Shown here: one piece after another, positions 21,556-30,931 of the stretch
Numbering within the stretch: the stretch's first letter is position 1
Layout: every line of letters begins with the position of its first letter
Assembly: GCA_965218785.1 (NCBI GenBank)
Contig: OZ244650.1
Coordinates: 480,001-544,000, forward strand
Length of the DNA: 64,000 nt
Direction: 5' to 3'
DNA from: Nitrosopumilus sp.
GTDB lineage: Archaea > Thermoproteota > Nitrososphaeria > Nitrososphaerales > Nitrosopumilaceae
The notes under the pieces: generated by a model
The model's database searches: none
The model's input: only the letters and a program-made list of their open reading frames with translations
Told to the model about the DNA's origin: nothing
Program-made: the position numbers and the translations under genes

Positions 21556-22210
21556 GCTTTTTCTTGACCTCGTGTATTTGTTTTAACGGCTTGCCCATTG
21601 TGGTTTTTATCATGATTCTTTTGATGTTTCTCTCCCCATTTGGTAATTTCTTTTCAACTGCGCTGAGAACAGCATGTGCATTTACTGCCAGATCTGCGTC
21701 TTCCATGGACTCGTCGCCGATTTTACATGCCATGGATAAAGACGCCCTTGTTCTGACTTTGATTGATGATCTAAATCTTTGTAAAAATGATTCAATAGGT
21801 GCGTTAAATGGTACTGGCGTTGGCATTTTTCCTCTAGGACCTAGAAGCTGACCCAAGGTTTTTCCGACAATTGGCATAACTTGCGTGTCTGCTAAAAAGA
21901 AATCATACTTGTTGATGAACTTTCGGGACTCTCTTTTGTTGGCTGCGAATTTATCCATCTCTTCTGTTCCAATAACCAAGTCTGCGTTTGCCTGTTTTGC
22001 TTTTTGACCCATATCCCCCGTGGCCATTACACAAACAGTCGCAGGCGAACTTGTCTTTGGGAGCTGAACTATTTCGTTGAGTGCAAATCCTTTCTTGACA
22101 TCTATATCCTTGAAATTCATAATCAGCTCTATTGACTGCTTGAACTTTCTCTGCTTGCTTGATGCCTTGACATTTTTGATCATTTCAGCAAGCTCAGTCT
22201 CTGTAATCAT
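21548..22210 (-). CDS. rpl1: 50S ribosomal protein L1
   Basis: LGPRGKMP, KTTMG. Confidence 0.97.
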   Translation of the reverse strand: MITETELAEMIKNVKASSKQRKFKQSIELIMNFKDIDVKKGFALNEIVQLPKTSSPATVCVMATGDMGQKAKQANADLVIGTEEMDKFAANKRESRKFINKYDFFLADTQVMPIVGKTLGQLLGPRGKMPTPVPFNAPIESFLQRFRSSIKVRTRASLSMACKIGDESMEDADLAVNAHAVLSAVEKKLPNGERNIKRIMIKTTMGKPLKQIHEVKKKHA

Positions 22211-22376
22211 TACGAACATTTTCGAAAAAGCCTACTTAAAATCGTTTAGAGATCAAATTCCTGATAATGACACCTCTTTAAAAAAATTATACTTTTTTTT
22301 TGCAAAATAATTATAATTTCAAAGAAAACCCCCAAAACCTACATATATTAAATCACAATCCATGCTTGCTAATACT

Positions 22377-22832
22377 ATGTATAAATTCGATGATCTCGAC
22401 ATGAAATTGCTTTATGAATTAACCAAAGACGGTTCAGTCTCTATTCCTACTTTGTCAAAAAAACTTGGAATTAGCGCATCTGTGTTGTATAGCCGGATCA
22501 AGAGATTGATGAAGAAAAAACTGATTATAAAATTCACCGTGGAAGTTGACGACTCTCTTTTGGGCATCTGCGTAAAGGCCTCAGTTGGAATCAACCGAGA
22601 TCCTAAATTCAAGGATACAATCCATAAAAAATTAATGGAGACTGCCGAGGTTGCTTCAATTTCGGAAATTACTGGTAGATTTGACATCATGATTCAGGTT
22701 TATGCCAAGAATCTTGAAACTCTTCATTCTGTGGTAATTGAGAAGATTGGAAAGATTCCTGGAATTCAGAGCACAGAGACCTTTGTAGAGCTGCAAAAAA
22801 CAGACAAAGATCCCGTCTATCTAATCCACTAG
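22377..22832 (+). CDS. Lrp/AsnC family transcriptional regulator
   Basis: DDLDMKLLYEL...HTH...RIKRL; ITGRFD RAM domain. Confidence 0.93.
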   Translation: MYKFDDLDMKLLYELTKDGSVSIPTLSKKLGISASVLYSRIKRLMKKKLIIKFTVEVDDSLLGICVKASVGINRDPKFKDTIHKKLMETAEVASISEITGRFDIMIQVYAKNLETLHSVVIEKIGKIPGIQSTETFVELQKTDKDPVYLIH

Positions 22833-23312
22833 TTACTGGAATTTCTCATCCCATTTACCTTCATTGATTTCGGCAGTTATCTCTTTTGGAGTCTTTCCTT
22901 CAACTTTTACTCCCAATGCCAGACACGTACCAATGATGGTCTTTGCAACTGATTTTAATGAGGAAGAATAGGATTTCTCTAGTTTTGTATTTGCCACTTT
23001 AACAATGGAATCCATCGTAATATCTCCTGCCCAATCAGTACCTGATGTACCTGAGCCCTTTTGAATTCCTGCCTCCTTCATGATTAGTGCCGCAGCAGAC
23101 GGAATGCCGATTTCGATCTCATATTTTTTTGTGTCGCTGTCGACTACTACAGTTACAGGAACTTTCATCCCTTCAAAATCCTTTGTTTTTTCATTAATCG
23201 CATTAATGACTTCCATAATGTTGACCCCGATAGGTCCCAATGCTGGCCCTAATGGCGGCCCTGCAGACGCTCCTCCACCGGTTACAAGTGCTGATATTTT
23301 TTGTTTTCCCAT
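22833..23312 (-). CDS. rpl11: 50S ribosomal protein L11
   Basis: GPPLGPALGP, GTCLALGVKVEG. Confidence 0.97.
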   Translation of the reverse strand: MGKQKISALVTGGGASAGPPLGPALGPIGVNIMEVINAINEKTKDFEGMKVPVTVVVDSDTKKYEIEIGIPSAAALIMKEAGIQKGSGTSGTDWAGDITMDSIVKVANTKLEKSYSSSLKSVAKTIIGTCLALGVKVEGKTPKEITAEINEGKWDEKFQ

Positions 23313-23347
23313 ACCTTATCAACTCAACATGAAAAATTTAATCCTTC

Positions 23348-23803
23348 CTAAGCCCCACTTGATAGCTTTAGGTAGTTTGCGTCCACTGTTACTGGTAATT
23401 GATATGCTGCATCCAGCAAAACCACCGTTGCCTCTTCTTTTTCAACGTCTATTCTTGTGATTGTTGCCTTCATTCCTTTGAATGGACCTCCCGTGATTTC
23501 CACTACGTTATCTATTGCTAATTGTGAAACTGTTGATTTCTTAATCAGATATCCTTCAATATCTTTGAATTCCAACTCCCCTCTTAATTGACCACGAATG
23601 TGCCTTACTCCTTCAACTGCCAGGTATGCATCACTTGGATTAACTGCTTCAATTACAACATAGCCTTTTAGATTGTCAACTAACAAAACGGATTGAATGT
23701 TAATCTTGTTTGTATTTGCTTTTGCCTCCAACAGCCTCATTACGACCTTTTCTTGCCCTCCCGTGGTTCTAATTGCAAACAAGTGTGATTTTATTTCAGA
23801 CAA
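23348..23803 (-). CDS. spt5: Transcription elongation factor Spt5 (NusG)
   Basis: TTGGQE NGN domain, LKGYVVIEA, KOW motif GGPFKG. Confidence 0.95.
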   Translation of the reverse strand: MSEIKSHLFAIRTTGGQEKVVMRLLEAKANTNKINIQSVLLVDNLKGYVVIEAVNPSDAYLAVEGVRHIRGQLRGELEFKDIEGYLIKKSTVSQLAIDNVVEITGGPFKGMKATITRIDVEKEEATVVLLDAAYQLPVTVDANYLKLSSGA

Positions 23804-23805
23804 TC

Positions 23806-23979
23806 TTACCTACCAACTGTTATTACCGAAAAGACAAATTGAATCGTAAATCCTATTGTACCAACCCCACCTATTCCAAATAATACCAATCTCAGATGCT
23901 GTTGATACTCGTCTCTGTCTGGTTTTTTGGCCATTTTCATGGTATTGGCCATATTTTTCAGAGTCTGCCTTGGGTTCAA
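23806..23979 (-). CDS. secE: Protein translocase SecE / Sec61-gamma (below ORF-track cutoff)
   Basis: Hand translation MNPRQTLKNMANTMKMAKKPDRDEYQQHLRLVLFGIGGVGTIGFTIQFVFSVITVGR*; KKPD..EY motif plus TM helix; canonical position before spt5. Confidence 0.92.
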   Translation of the reverse strand: MNPRQTLKNMANTMKMAKKPDRDEYQQHLRLVLFGIGGVGTIGFTIQFVFSVITVGR

Positions 23980-24018
23980 TGCTGGAAATTAATAAGGTGT
24001 CTTTATATCTCTTATCTC

Positions 24019-24798
24019 ATGGGAGAACTATTCGTTGCATATCAAGATGATCCGGCCGGTCATAATATGGCAAAATATCTCTCAAAAGAGATGACTCAAG
24101 AAGGCAATCTCTTTTATGGGAAATACTATGATCTGGCAATAATTCCGACTCCGGCAATCTCTGCTGATTGGTTAGAAGAAAAATATGATTATGATGGATT
24201 TGTATTTCTTTCAAAACATGCCGCCCAATCAGGGGTGTTGGCCCTGACTTGTCATAGTACTGGAAATTTTTCTAAAGCGGGATTTGGCGGAAATGACAGG
24301 CAGATTGCAGTTCCACATCCACACATTCAAAAAGCCTATCTCCGGACTCTGAAGAAAAATCAATCCAGATTTTCAGAATTTCAAATTACCATCGAGGCGA
24401 CACATCATGGACCTACTGCCTTGACCAAACCCTCGATTTTCATCGAAATAGGCACCACTGAAAAACAGTGGAATGACGTATCTTTATGCAATTCCGTTGC
24501 ATCCCTGGTTCATCAAGTAATGACGGGGCCAGTTGAGGATAACCCCGTGGCAATTTGTTTTGGCGGAACCCACTACCCTTCAAAATTTACTGATGAATTA
24601 CTTGATGGAAAATTTGCACTTGGAACCGTGATCCCAAAACATGCATTAGATGATTTGGATGAAGAGTTATTTTTCCATATTATTGAACAAAACAGCATGG
24701 CAAAAGCCGCTCTTTTGGATTGGGCAGGACTGGGATCTAACAAACAAAAAGTACTTGGCTATCTTGAATCAACAGAATTAGAGGTTCTCAGGCTTTGA
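24019..24798 (+). CDS. dtdA: D-aminoacyl-tRNA deacylase (DTD2/GEK1)
   Basis: FLSKH, HSTGN, EATHHGP, FIEIG, GGTHY. Confidence 0.93.
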   Translation: MGELFVAYQDDPAGHNMAKYLSKEMTQEGNLFYGKYYDLAIIPTPAISADWLEEKYDYDGFVFLSKHAAQSGVLALTCHSTGNFSKAGFGGNDRQIAVPHPHIQKAYLRTLKKNQSRFSEFQITIEATHHGPTALTKPSIFIEIGTTEKQWNDVSLCNSVASLVHQVMTGPVEDNPVAICFGGTHYPSKFTDELLDGKFALGTVIPKHALDDLDEELFFHIIEQNSMAKAALLDWAGLGSNKQKVLGYLESTELEVLRL

Positions 24799-25094
24799 AT
24801 CTTGAAGAAAAGATTTACAAGAAATTACTAGATGTACCAAAAGGCAAAATCACCACTTATGGAGAATTGGCAAAGGCCGTGGGATTAAAAAACGGACAAA
24901 GAGCCGTTGGAAAAATCATGAACAAAAATCCATACCCTGTAGTTGTTCCATGTCATAGAGTTGTAATGTCTACTGGAAAAATCGGCGGCTATGCATATGG
25001 CAAACACATCAAAACAAAACTGCTAAACGACGAGGGGATTCAAATTAAGAACGGTAAAATCCTGGACTGGGAAAACCGGATACATAGATTCTAG
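24795..25094 (+). CDS. ogt: O6-alkylguanine DNA alkyltransferase, single-domain (MGMT family)
   Basis: TYGELA, RAVG, PCHRV active-site motif. Confidence 0.9.
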   Translation: MNLEEKIYKKLLDVPKGKITTYGELAKAVGLKNGQRAVGKIMNKNPYPVVVPCHRVVMSTGKIGGYAYGKHIKTKLLNDEGIQIKNGKILDWENRIHRF

Positions 25095-25546
25095 TTGCTT
25101 CTTTTTGCCTTTATTTCTTCCATCAGTGTTCTGAGATGTGCCTTGTTTCTGACAGTGTTTCCGCCGACTTTTTTGTACAACGTCCAAAATTCTGGATTGG
25201 TCAGATCTTTCCTGTCTTTTGCAATCTTTAACAGCCGTCTTAATGAACGGACCTTGGCAACGTATACCTCTTTTTTACCTACTCGTGCGCCTTTTCTGCC
25301 TCGTTTTGAACCCTGAGTCGTACCTCTTTTGTTTTTCTGGATCTTTTTTTTCTGAGCTCTTCCTCTAGACGTGCCTACAAACGATTTAATTTTGATTGTA
25401 TTTGCTGTAATCAGACTTCTGATATTCTCCCTTGTAATTGCATCTGCAACATCGTCTAAATGATCGGTGTCAAATTTTATTCTATGAACACCGACACCGG
25501 TAACCCTGGATGCCAGTCTTTTTTTAGCCTTAAGATTTACTACCAC
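25091..25546 (-). CDS. rpl19e: 50S ribosomal protein L19e
   Basis: KRLAS, AITRENIRSL, GSKRGRKGAR. Confidence 0.96.
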   Translation of the reverse strand: MVVNLKAKKRLASRVTGVGVHRIKFDTDHLDDVADAITRENIRSLITANTIKIKSFVGTSRGRAQKKKIQKNKRGTTQGSKRGRKGARVGKKEVYVAKVRSLRRLLKIAKDRKDLTNPEFWTLYKKVGGNTVRNKAHLRTLMEEIKAKRSN

Positions 25547-25934
25547 TTGCGTTCACCCTTGCGTTAAAAACTTTGAATTTGCCCTCCACTGCCTTGGCGG
25601 CGATCTCTTTTCTCTTTTTAGTACCGACGCCATGTGCAAATCTTACACCGTCTTTTTTCGGATCTAATTTTTCCAAACCCGCTACATTATAAACCAAATT
25701 ATCCGTAAATCCTGATGGGTGCAGCCCCCTTGATTCCTTGGGTCCCCCGTATCCGACTTTGACTAGTCCCGGACGACCCCTGCTTTTTTGCTTTCTTTGA
25801 TGATGATCGATACCTTTTGGTTTTCTCCAATTAGTTTGCAATCTGACATAACGCCAACTTTCAGGTCTGGCAAATTCGGGATTGTGCCCTTTTATCTCCT
25901 GTCTTTTTGCAAGCTTGTCTTTGTTGATCGGCAT
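25530..25934 (-). CDS. rpl32e: 50S ribosomal protein L32e
   Basis: WRKPKGID, GYG, RGLHPSG. Confidence 0.96.
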   Translation of the reverse strand: MPINKDKLAKRQEIKGHNPEFARPESWRYVRLQTNWRKPKGIDHHQRKQKSRGRPGLVKVGYGGPKESRGLHPSGFTDNLVYNVAGLEKLDPKKDGVRFAHGVGTKKRKEIAAKAVEGKFKVFNARVNASGSKS

Positions 25935-26097
25935 CATAGTGGCTCTTGAATTTTGAAATAAATACGTTCCTAGACTAGAAAAAAAATTTCAGATAGGAAA
26001 GAGATAATAAGGAAATTCAAGGCGGATCGAAATATCTCATGACCAAGCCTGAGATTACTAAAATAAATTTTGGAGGCATAATCCTCTGACTCGAGTT

Positions 26098-27690
26098 GTG
26101 GGTACTGCCGTAACTGACAAATTTTCATCACAATTGAGGGCATTTGGAATCAATCCCTCCAAAGTTCACAGGAATCTCTGCGTAGATGAAATGGTGTTCA
26201 TCGCAGTTGATAGGAACGAGGGTGTTGTAAATTCAACTGGCTCCCTTTCTGTAAATACCGGAAAATATACCGGTAGATCCCCTGATGACCGTTTTATTGT
26301 ATATGACGAGAAAACTCGTGATACCATTGACTGGGGAAAAATCAACCATCAGTTTCCCGGAGACAAATTCGAAAAACTGCTTGAAAAAATGAAAGACTTT
26401 GTTGAAAACAAAGAACTATTCGTATTTGATGGTTTTGTAGGATCTGATCCGGAAACTCGTCTGCCAATTAGGGTGGTCAATGATCATGTTTGGCAAAACA
26501 TGTTTTCTAGGAACCTGTTTATCCAGCCTACAAATGAAGAACTGGAAAAGCATGAACCGGAATTTACAATTCTATGCATCAATGACTTTAAGGCTGTTCC
26601 GGAAATTGATGGAACCCGGACTGACGTCTTTATTCTAATTGACCTGACAAGAAAGATTGTCCTGATTGGAGGAACCGAATACGCAGGTGAAATGAAAAAA
26701 TCAATGTTTGGTGTAATGAATTTTCTGTTACCTGATCGTGGAATTTTTCCGATGCACTGCTCTGCTAATATTGGAGAAAATGGTGATACCGCATTATTTT
26801 TTGGATTATCCGGTACTGGCAAGACTACTCTTTCAGTTGATCCTAATAGAAGACTAATCGGTGATGACGAACATGGCTGGTCTGATAACGGAACATTCAA
26901 TTTCGAGGGTGGCTGTTATGCAAAATGTATCAACCTCAGTCCGGAGGCAGAACCTGAAATATGGAATGCAATTAAACCCGGCGCACTTTTAGAAAACGTT
27001 GTCTTAAAAGATAATGTTCCAGACTATGATGATAACAGTCTGACTGAAAATACACGCGTTGGCTATCCGTTGGATTACATCCCCGGTGCGGTGATTCCAA
27101 GCATCGGTGGAAATCCCAAGGTTATTGTATTTCTGACTGCAGATGCGCTGGGCGTTTTACCCCCGATCTCCAGACTTGCAAAGGAAGGCGCGATGTATCA
27201 CTTTATGTCCGGTTATACCAGTAAATTGGCAGGAACCGAGCGTGGAATTAAGGAACCAAAGTCTGTATTTTCACAGTGTTTTGGAGCGCCATTTATGCCC
27301 AGATCCGCATCAGTTTATGCAAAACTGTTGGGGGAAAAAATCAACCGGCACAACACCGTGGTCTATCTAATTAATACCGGCTGGTCTGGCGGTCCATATG
27401 GGATTGGAAAAAGAATCAAGATCAAGTACAGTCGCGCTATGGTGACTGCGGCACTTTCAGGTGCACTTGATACTGTAAAGTATAATCACAATGATCTGTT
27501 CAATCTGGACATGCCTGCCGAAGTAGCAGGTGTTCCTTCTGATATCCTGGATCCCAGAAATACCTGGCTTGATAAGGACTCGTATGATCTTTCTGCAAAA
27601 AAACTAGCTCAGATGTTTGTTGAAAACTTTACAAAGTTTGAAAACGCCTCCCCTGAAATAATCAATGCCGGTCCAAAGCCTGTCTCATAA
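26098..27690 (+). CDS. pckA: Phosphoenolpyruvate carboxykinase (ATP)
   Basis: FFGLSGTGKTTLS, LIGDDEHGW, FNFEGGCYAK. Confidence 0.97.
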   Translation: MGTAVTDKFSSQLRAFGINPSKVHRNLCVDEMVFIAVDRNEGVVNSTGSLSVNTGKYTGRSPDDRFIVYDEKTRDTIDWGKINHQFPGDKFEKLLEKMKDFVENKELFVFDGFVGSDPETRLPIRVVNDHVWQNMFSRNLFIQPTNEELEKHEPEFTILCINDFKAVPEIDGTRTDVFILIDLTRKIVLIGGTEYAGEMKKSMFGVMNFLLPDRGIFPMHCSANIGENGDTALFFGLSGTGKTTLSVDPNRRLIGDDEHGWSDNGTFNFEGGCYAKCINLSPEAEPEIWNAIKPGALLENVVLKDNVPDYDDNSLTENTRVGYPLDYIPGAVIPSIGGNPKVIVFLTADALGVLPPISRLAKEGAMYHFMSGYTSKLAGTERGIKEPKSVFSQCFGAPFMPRSASVYAKLLGEKINRHNTVVYLINTGWSGGPYGIGKRIKIKYSRAMVTAALSGALDTVKYNHNDLFNLDMPAEVAGVPSDILDPRNTWLDKDSYDLSAKKLAQMFVENFTKFENASPEIINAGPKPVS

Positions 27691-29718
27691 TTATTTTCTT
27701 TTAATAAATCCAATAATGCCTACTACTGTTATGATTCCTGCAATTATTCCAATCTGTCTTTCTGGAATGTCTGGCATATCTGGCCTTTGGTAACTTTCTA
27801 GAATGGAATTGGTTTGAATTGTATTAAACGCATTTGAGGTGTTTCCATTAATCCTGATTTTGGCATCTATCCAATATTCCGTATTTTCATGAATTTCTAT
27901 CGAGGCTGTCTTGCCTGGTGTTGCAGTTGTGGTATCTGTTTTTCCATCCCTGCTATTTGTCACTGAAATCTTTACAAAATCCCATTTTTCTGGATGACGA
28001 ATTTCAAAGAAGAGTTTTTGATTATCCTGATTTACGGAAACAGAGCCTACCGTATAATGCAATAGGAATGGAATCGTATATGATGTCCCATCATGGTTTA
28101 GCATTATCTTTCCCTCATGATCTCCAAAATTCTCCTCAATCACACTCATCTTGATTTGTAAGGTGCCCTCCTCAACAACATGTGCAAATTTTATGAATTC
28201 CGGTCCTTCAAATTTTACATCAATGCCATCTAACGTGCCATCAATGAGTTTGAGATCAAACCGTTTTTCAGCAATCCGATTATCTGATGATAGACTCGCA
28301 ACAAAATTTGGCGGTGTAATAATCAGTTTTGCGCCATAGGCACTGCCTATATCCAACCTTCCGGCGCCTGCCTCATGAACCGAGAATTCCCGACCATAGG
28401 CGTCAAAAACAGGCTTGGATGTGGTAAGTAATAGTGATTTGATCTCATGATGGTGCAGATCCGGATTTTTTTGAAGCAGCAACGCTGCCGCTCCTGAAAC
28501 ATGGGGTGCCGCATAGCTGGTTCCGCTTGTAAATTCGTATCCTGCATTGTTTTGCGTGGAATTGATATATGCGCCGGGTGCTACAATTTCTGGTTTTATG
28601 TAAAATGGTGATACCGGTCCCCTAGAACTAAAATGTGTCACAACGTCCGGATTATAAAATAAATGCATACTTGCCTCGCTGCCGTTTCTTATTGAATCTA
28701 TGATTTCCAGTCCCTCTTCTCTGTCTATGGACACGACTGGAATTCGTGGCTTGTATTCGGGCTCTACAAACTCGTGAATTAACTCTCCTAGGAAAATCCC
28801 CGGCTCATTGTTGTAGACAATCAATGCCTTGGCTCCTGCATCTGCCGCATTATTTTCCTTAATTGAAAAATACAACAGCTCATCTTCAACATCACTTCCA
28901 CGCTCAACAATTAGTATTGCGCCTTTAACATCGAGCTCTCTTAAATCTTCAATTTTTCCATAACCTCCAAAAATTATTTTACTTGTGATCAACTCCTCGA
29001 GCTTTACAGTGTCCACCATTGGAATTACAGTATATGCTTTTTCATCTATTTCTAGTGTTGCAACCAAACTTGAAGTTAGATTGTTATATGTTGCACCTAC
29101 TGTAATCGAACCAAAGTTTCTACCAGGACTGCCAATTGTTTCCAATCCTGGCCCGTCGTTTCCTGCAGCAGTTACTACGAAAATTTCTTTCTCTAATGCG
29201 TGATTTATCGAATGTTCGATTTTGATATTTGTTCTGTTTACCCCCAAACTGATATTGATGATATCTGCCCCATCTTCTATAGCTTTTTCAATGGCCCTGA
29301 TGATTAATTCTGATGAGACGCCTTCCCCGTCTTCTGAGACTTTGTAGGCAAGAATTTTTGCCTTGGGTGCTATTCCAACTATCTCTCCGTCAGCTGCGAT
29401 TACACCTGCAACCTGTGTACCATGACCGTTTGCGTCCATTGGGGGCCTACCTTCCTGTACAAAGTTGTACCCCCCTACCACCTTTCCATCAGAACCCCAT
29501 CCAAAAAGATCCGGATGATTAAAGTCCACCCCTGTATCAATTACCGCTATTTTGATTCCGGTTCCGTCAATTCCGTCCATTCTTGGAATTTCGGTTCCAA
29601 CATATGGGACGCTTCTTTCTAGATATGTTCGAATCTCATCTTCAGATTGGAGGGGTACAGATAAGACAAAAACTGTCAGAAATACCACCATTACAGAAAA
29701 AACTGCTAGGAATTTCAC
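27691..29718 (-). CDS. Membrane-anchored subtilisin-like S8 protease with PA domain
   Basis: IDTG, HGTQVAG, SGTSYAAPHVSG catalytic triad; PA insertion; signal peptide from GTG 29718; C-terminal TM helix. Confidence 0.92.
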   Translation of the reverse strand: MKFLAVFSVMVVFLTVFVLSVPLQSEDEIRTYLERSVPYVGTEIPRMDGIDGTGIKIAVIDTGVDFNHPDLFGWGSDGKVVGGYNFVQEGRPPMDANGHGTQVAGVIAADGEIVGIAPKAKILAYKVSEDGEGVSSELIIRAIEKAIEDGADIINISLGVNRTNIKIEHSINHALEKEIFVVTAAGNDGPGLETIGSPGRNFGSITVGATYNNLTSSLVATLEIDEKAYTVIPMVDTVKLEELITSKIIFGGYGKIEDLRELDVKGAILIVERGSDVEDELLYFSIKENNAADAGAKALIVYNNEPGIFLGELIHEFVEPEYKPRIPVVSIDREEGLEIIDSIRNGSEASMHLFYNPDVVTHFSSRGPVSPFYIKPEIVAPGAYINSTQNNAGYEFTSGTSYAAPHVSGAAALLLQKNPDLHHHEIKSLLLTTSKPVFDAYGREFSVHEAGAGRLDIGSAYGAKLIITPPNFVASLSSDNRIAEKRFDLKLIDGTLDGIDVKFEGPEFIKFAHVVEEGTLQIKMSVIEENFGDHEGKIMLNHDGTSYTIPFLLHYTVGSVSVNQDNQKLFFEIRHPEKWDFVKISVTNSRDGKTDTTTATPGKTASIEIHENTEYWIDAKIRINGNTSNAFNTIQTNSILESYQRPDMPDIPERQIGIIAGIITVVGIIGFIKRK

Positions 29719-29796
29719 TGATTTTCTAACTATTCCAACATGTAAAAATGAATTGCTTGCTAAAGCAATAAATTGAATAAATTTTCCAAAGGATTC

Positions 29797-30417
29797 ATGG
29801 GAAAATACACACTTCCTGAAATGCCATATGCTTATGATGCATTGGAACCTCATATTGACGCAAGAACAATGGAGATTCATCATACAAAACATCATCAAAC
29901 ATACACTGACAAACTAAATGCAGCCCTTGAAACATGTCCAGCTGAGATTCAAGAAAAAGATATCATTGACATTCTGTCTGATATTAACTCAGTACCAGAT
30001 GACAAAAGAGGTGCAATTAATTTTAACGGTGGTGGTTATGACAACCATAGGCTATTTTGGAACAACATGAAAGCAAATGGAGGCGGAGAACCCGGAGGAT
30101 CAATTGCTGATGCAATCAAAGATTCTTTTGGAAGCTTCTCTGACTTTAAAGAGAAATTTTCATCCACTACAGCAGTAATTCAAGGCAGTGGTTGGGGATG
30201 GTTAGTATACAATCCTTCCTCAGGAAAGGTAGAATACAAATCAATGCCAAACCAAACCAGTCCAAGAACAAAAAAATTGGTGCCATTATTAGGCTGTGAT
30301 GTTTGGGAGCATGCATACTATCTCAACTATCAAAACAAAAGACCAGTCTACATTGCAGCATGGTGGAATGTAGTTAATTGGGACGAAGTAGAAGATAGAT
30401 TCTCAAAAGCAAAATAA
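29797..30417 (+). CDS. sod: Fe/Mn superoxide dismutase
   Basis: HHTKHH, NHRLFW, DVWEHAYY. Confidence 0.97.
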   Translation: MGKYTLPEMPYAYDALEPHIDARTMEIHHTKHHQTYTDKLNAALETCPAEIQEKDIIDILSDINSVPDDKRGAINFNGGGYDNHRLFWNNMKANGGGEPGGSIADAIKDSFGSFSDFKEKFSSTTAVIQGSGWGWLVYNPSSGKVEYKSMPNQTSPRTKKLVPLLGCDVWEHAYYLNYQNKRPVYIAAWWNVVNWDEVEDRFSKAK

Positions 30418-30503
30418 AGTTTCATCTTTATTTTTTTTATTCATTTTTCATTATACTTGCTTTATGAATGAATTTATAACCATCCGAAGAATGCTTGTTG
30501 TAA

Positions 30504-30929
30504 ATGAGTGAAGAACAGACCCAGCAATTAATGCAGCAGATGCAAATGCTTGAAACATATTTTTCTGATCTATCCCAACGGGAGGGAACCTTTCTTAATA
30601 TTTTAAGAGAGGCAATGGCTGCAATTGAATCCATCAAATCCCTTAGTCAAAAGTCTGATTCGGATGTTCTTGTTCCAATTGGAATGGGGACGTATATTCC
30701 TACAAAAATTTCATCCGGCAACAAAATTGTTTTGAATATCGGCGCAGGTGTTGCCGTGGAAAAAGATTTTCCTTCAACTATAAACTATCTTGAAGCACGA
30801 ATTAAAGAGATTGAAGTTGCCCTGCAAGACACTGTTGCAAAAAAACAAAACGCGGCAGCACGGTTAGAGCAAGGTAAGGAGCAGATTAATCAATTGATGC
30901 AATCTGCATCACAACCAAAATCGGGATAA
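30504..30929 (+). CDS. pfdA: Prefoldin alpha subunit
   Basis: Coiled coils flanking LVPIG...IGAGVAVEK; upstream of ftsY. Confidence 0.93.
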   Translation: MSEEQTQQLMQQMQMLETYFSDLSQREGTFLNILREAMAAIESIKSLSQKSDSDVLVPIGMGTYIPTKISSGNKIVLNIGAGVAVEKDFPSTINYLEARIKEIEVALQDTVAKKQNAAARLEQGKEQINQLMQSASQPKSG

Positions 30930-30931
30930 AA

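Noticed and set aside
23896-24018. Long N-terminal extensions in the ORF track for dtdA (also the S8 protease and leuC)
   Set aside because: They overlap secE, sod or the upstream gene; downstream starts fit better.
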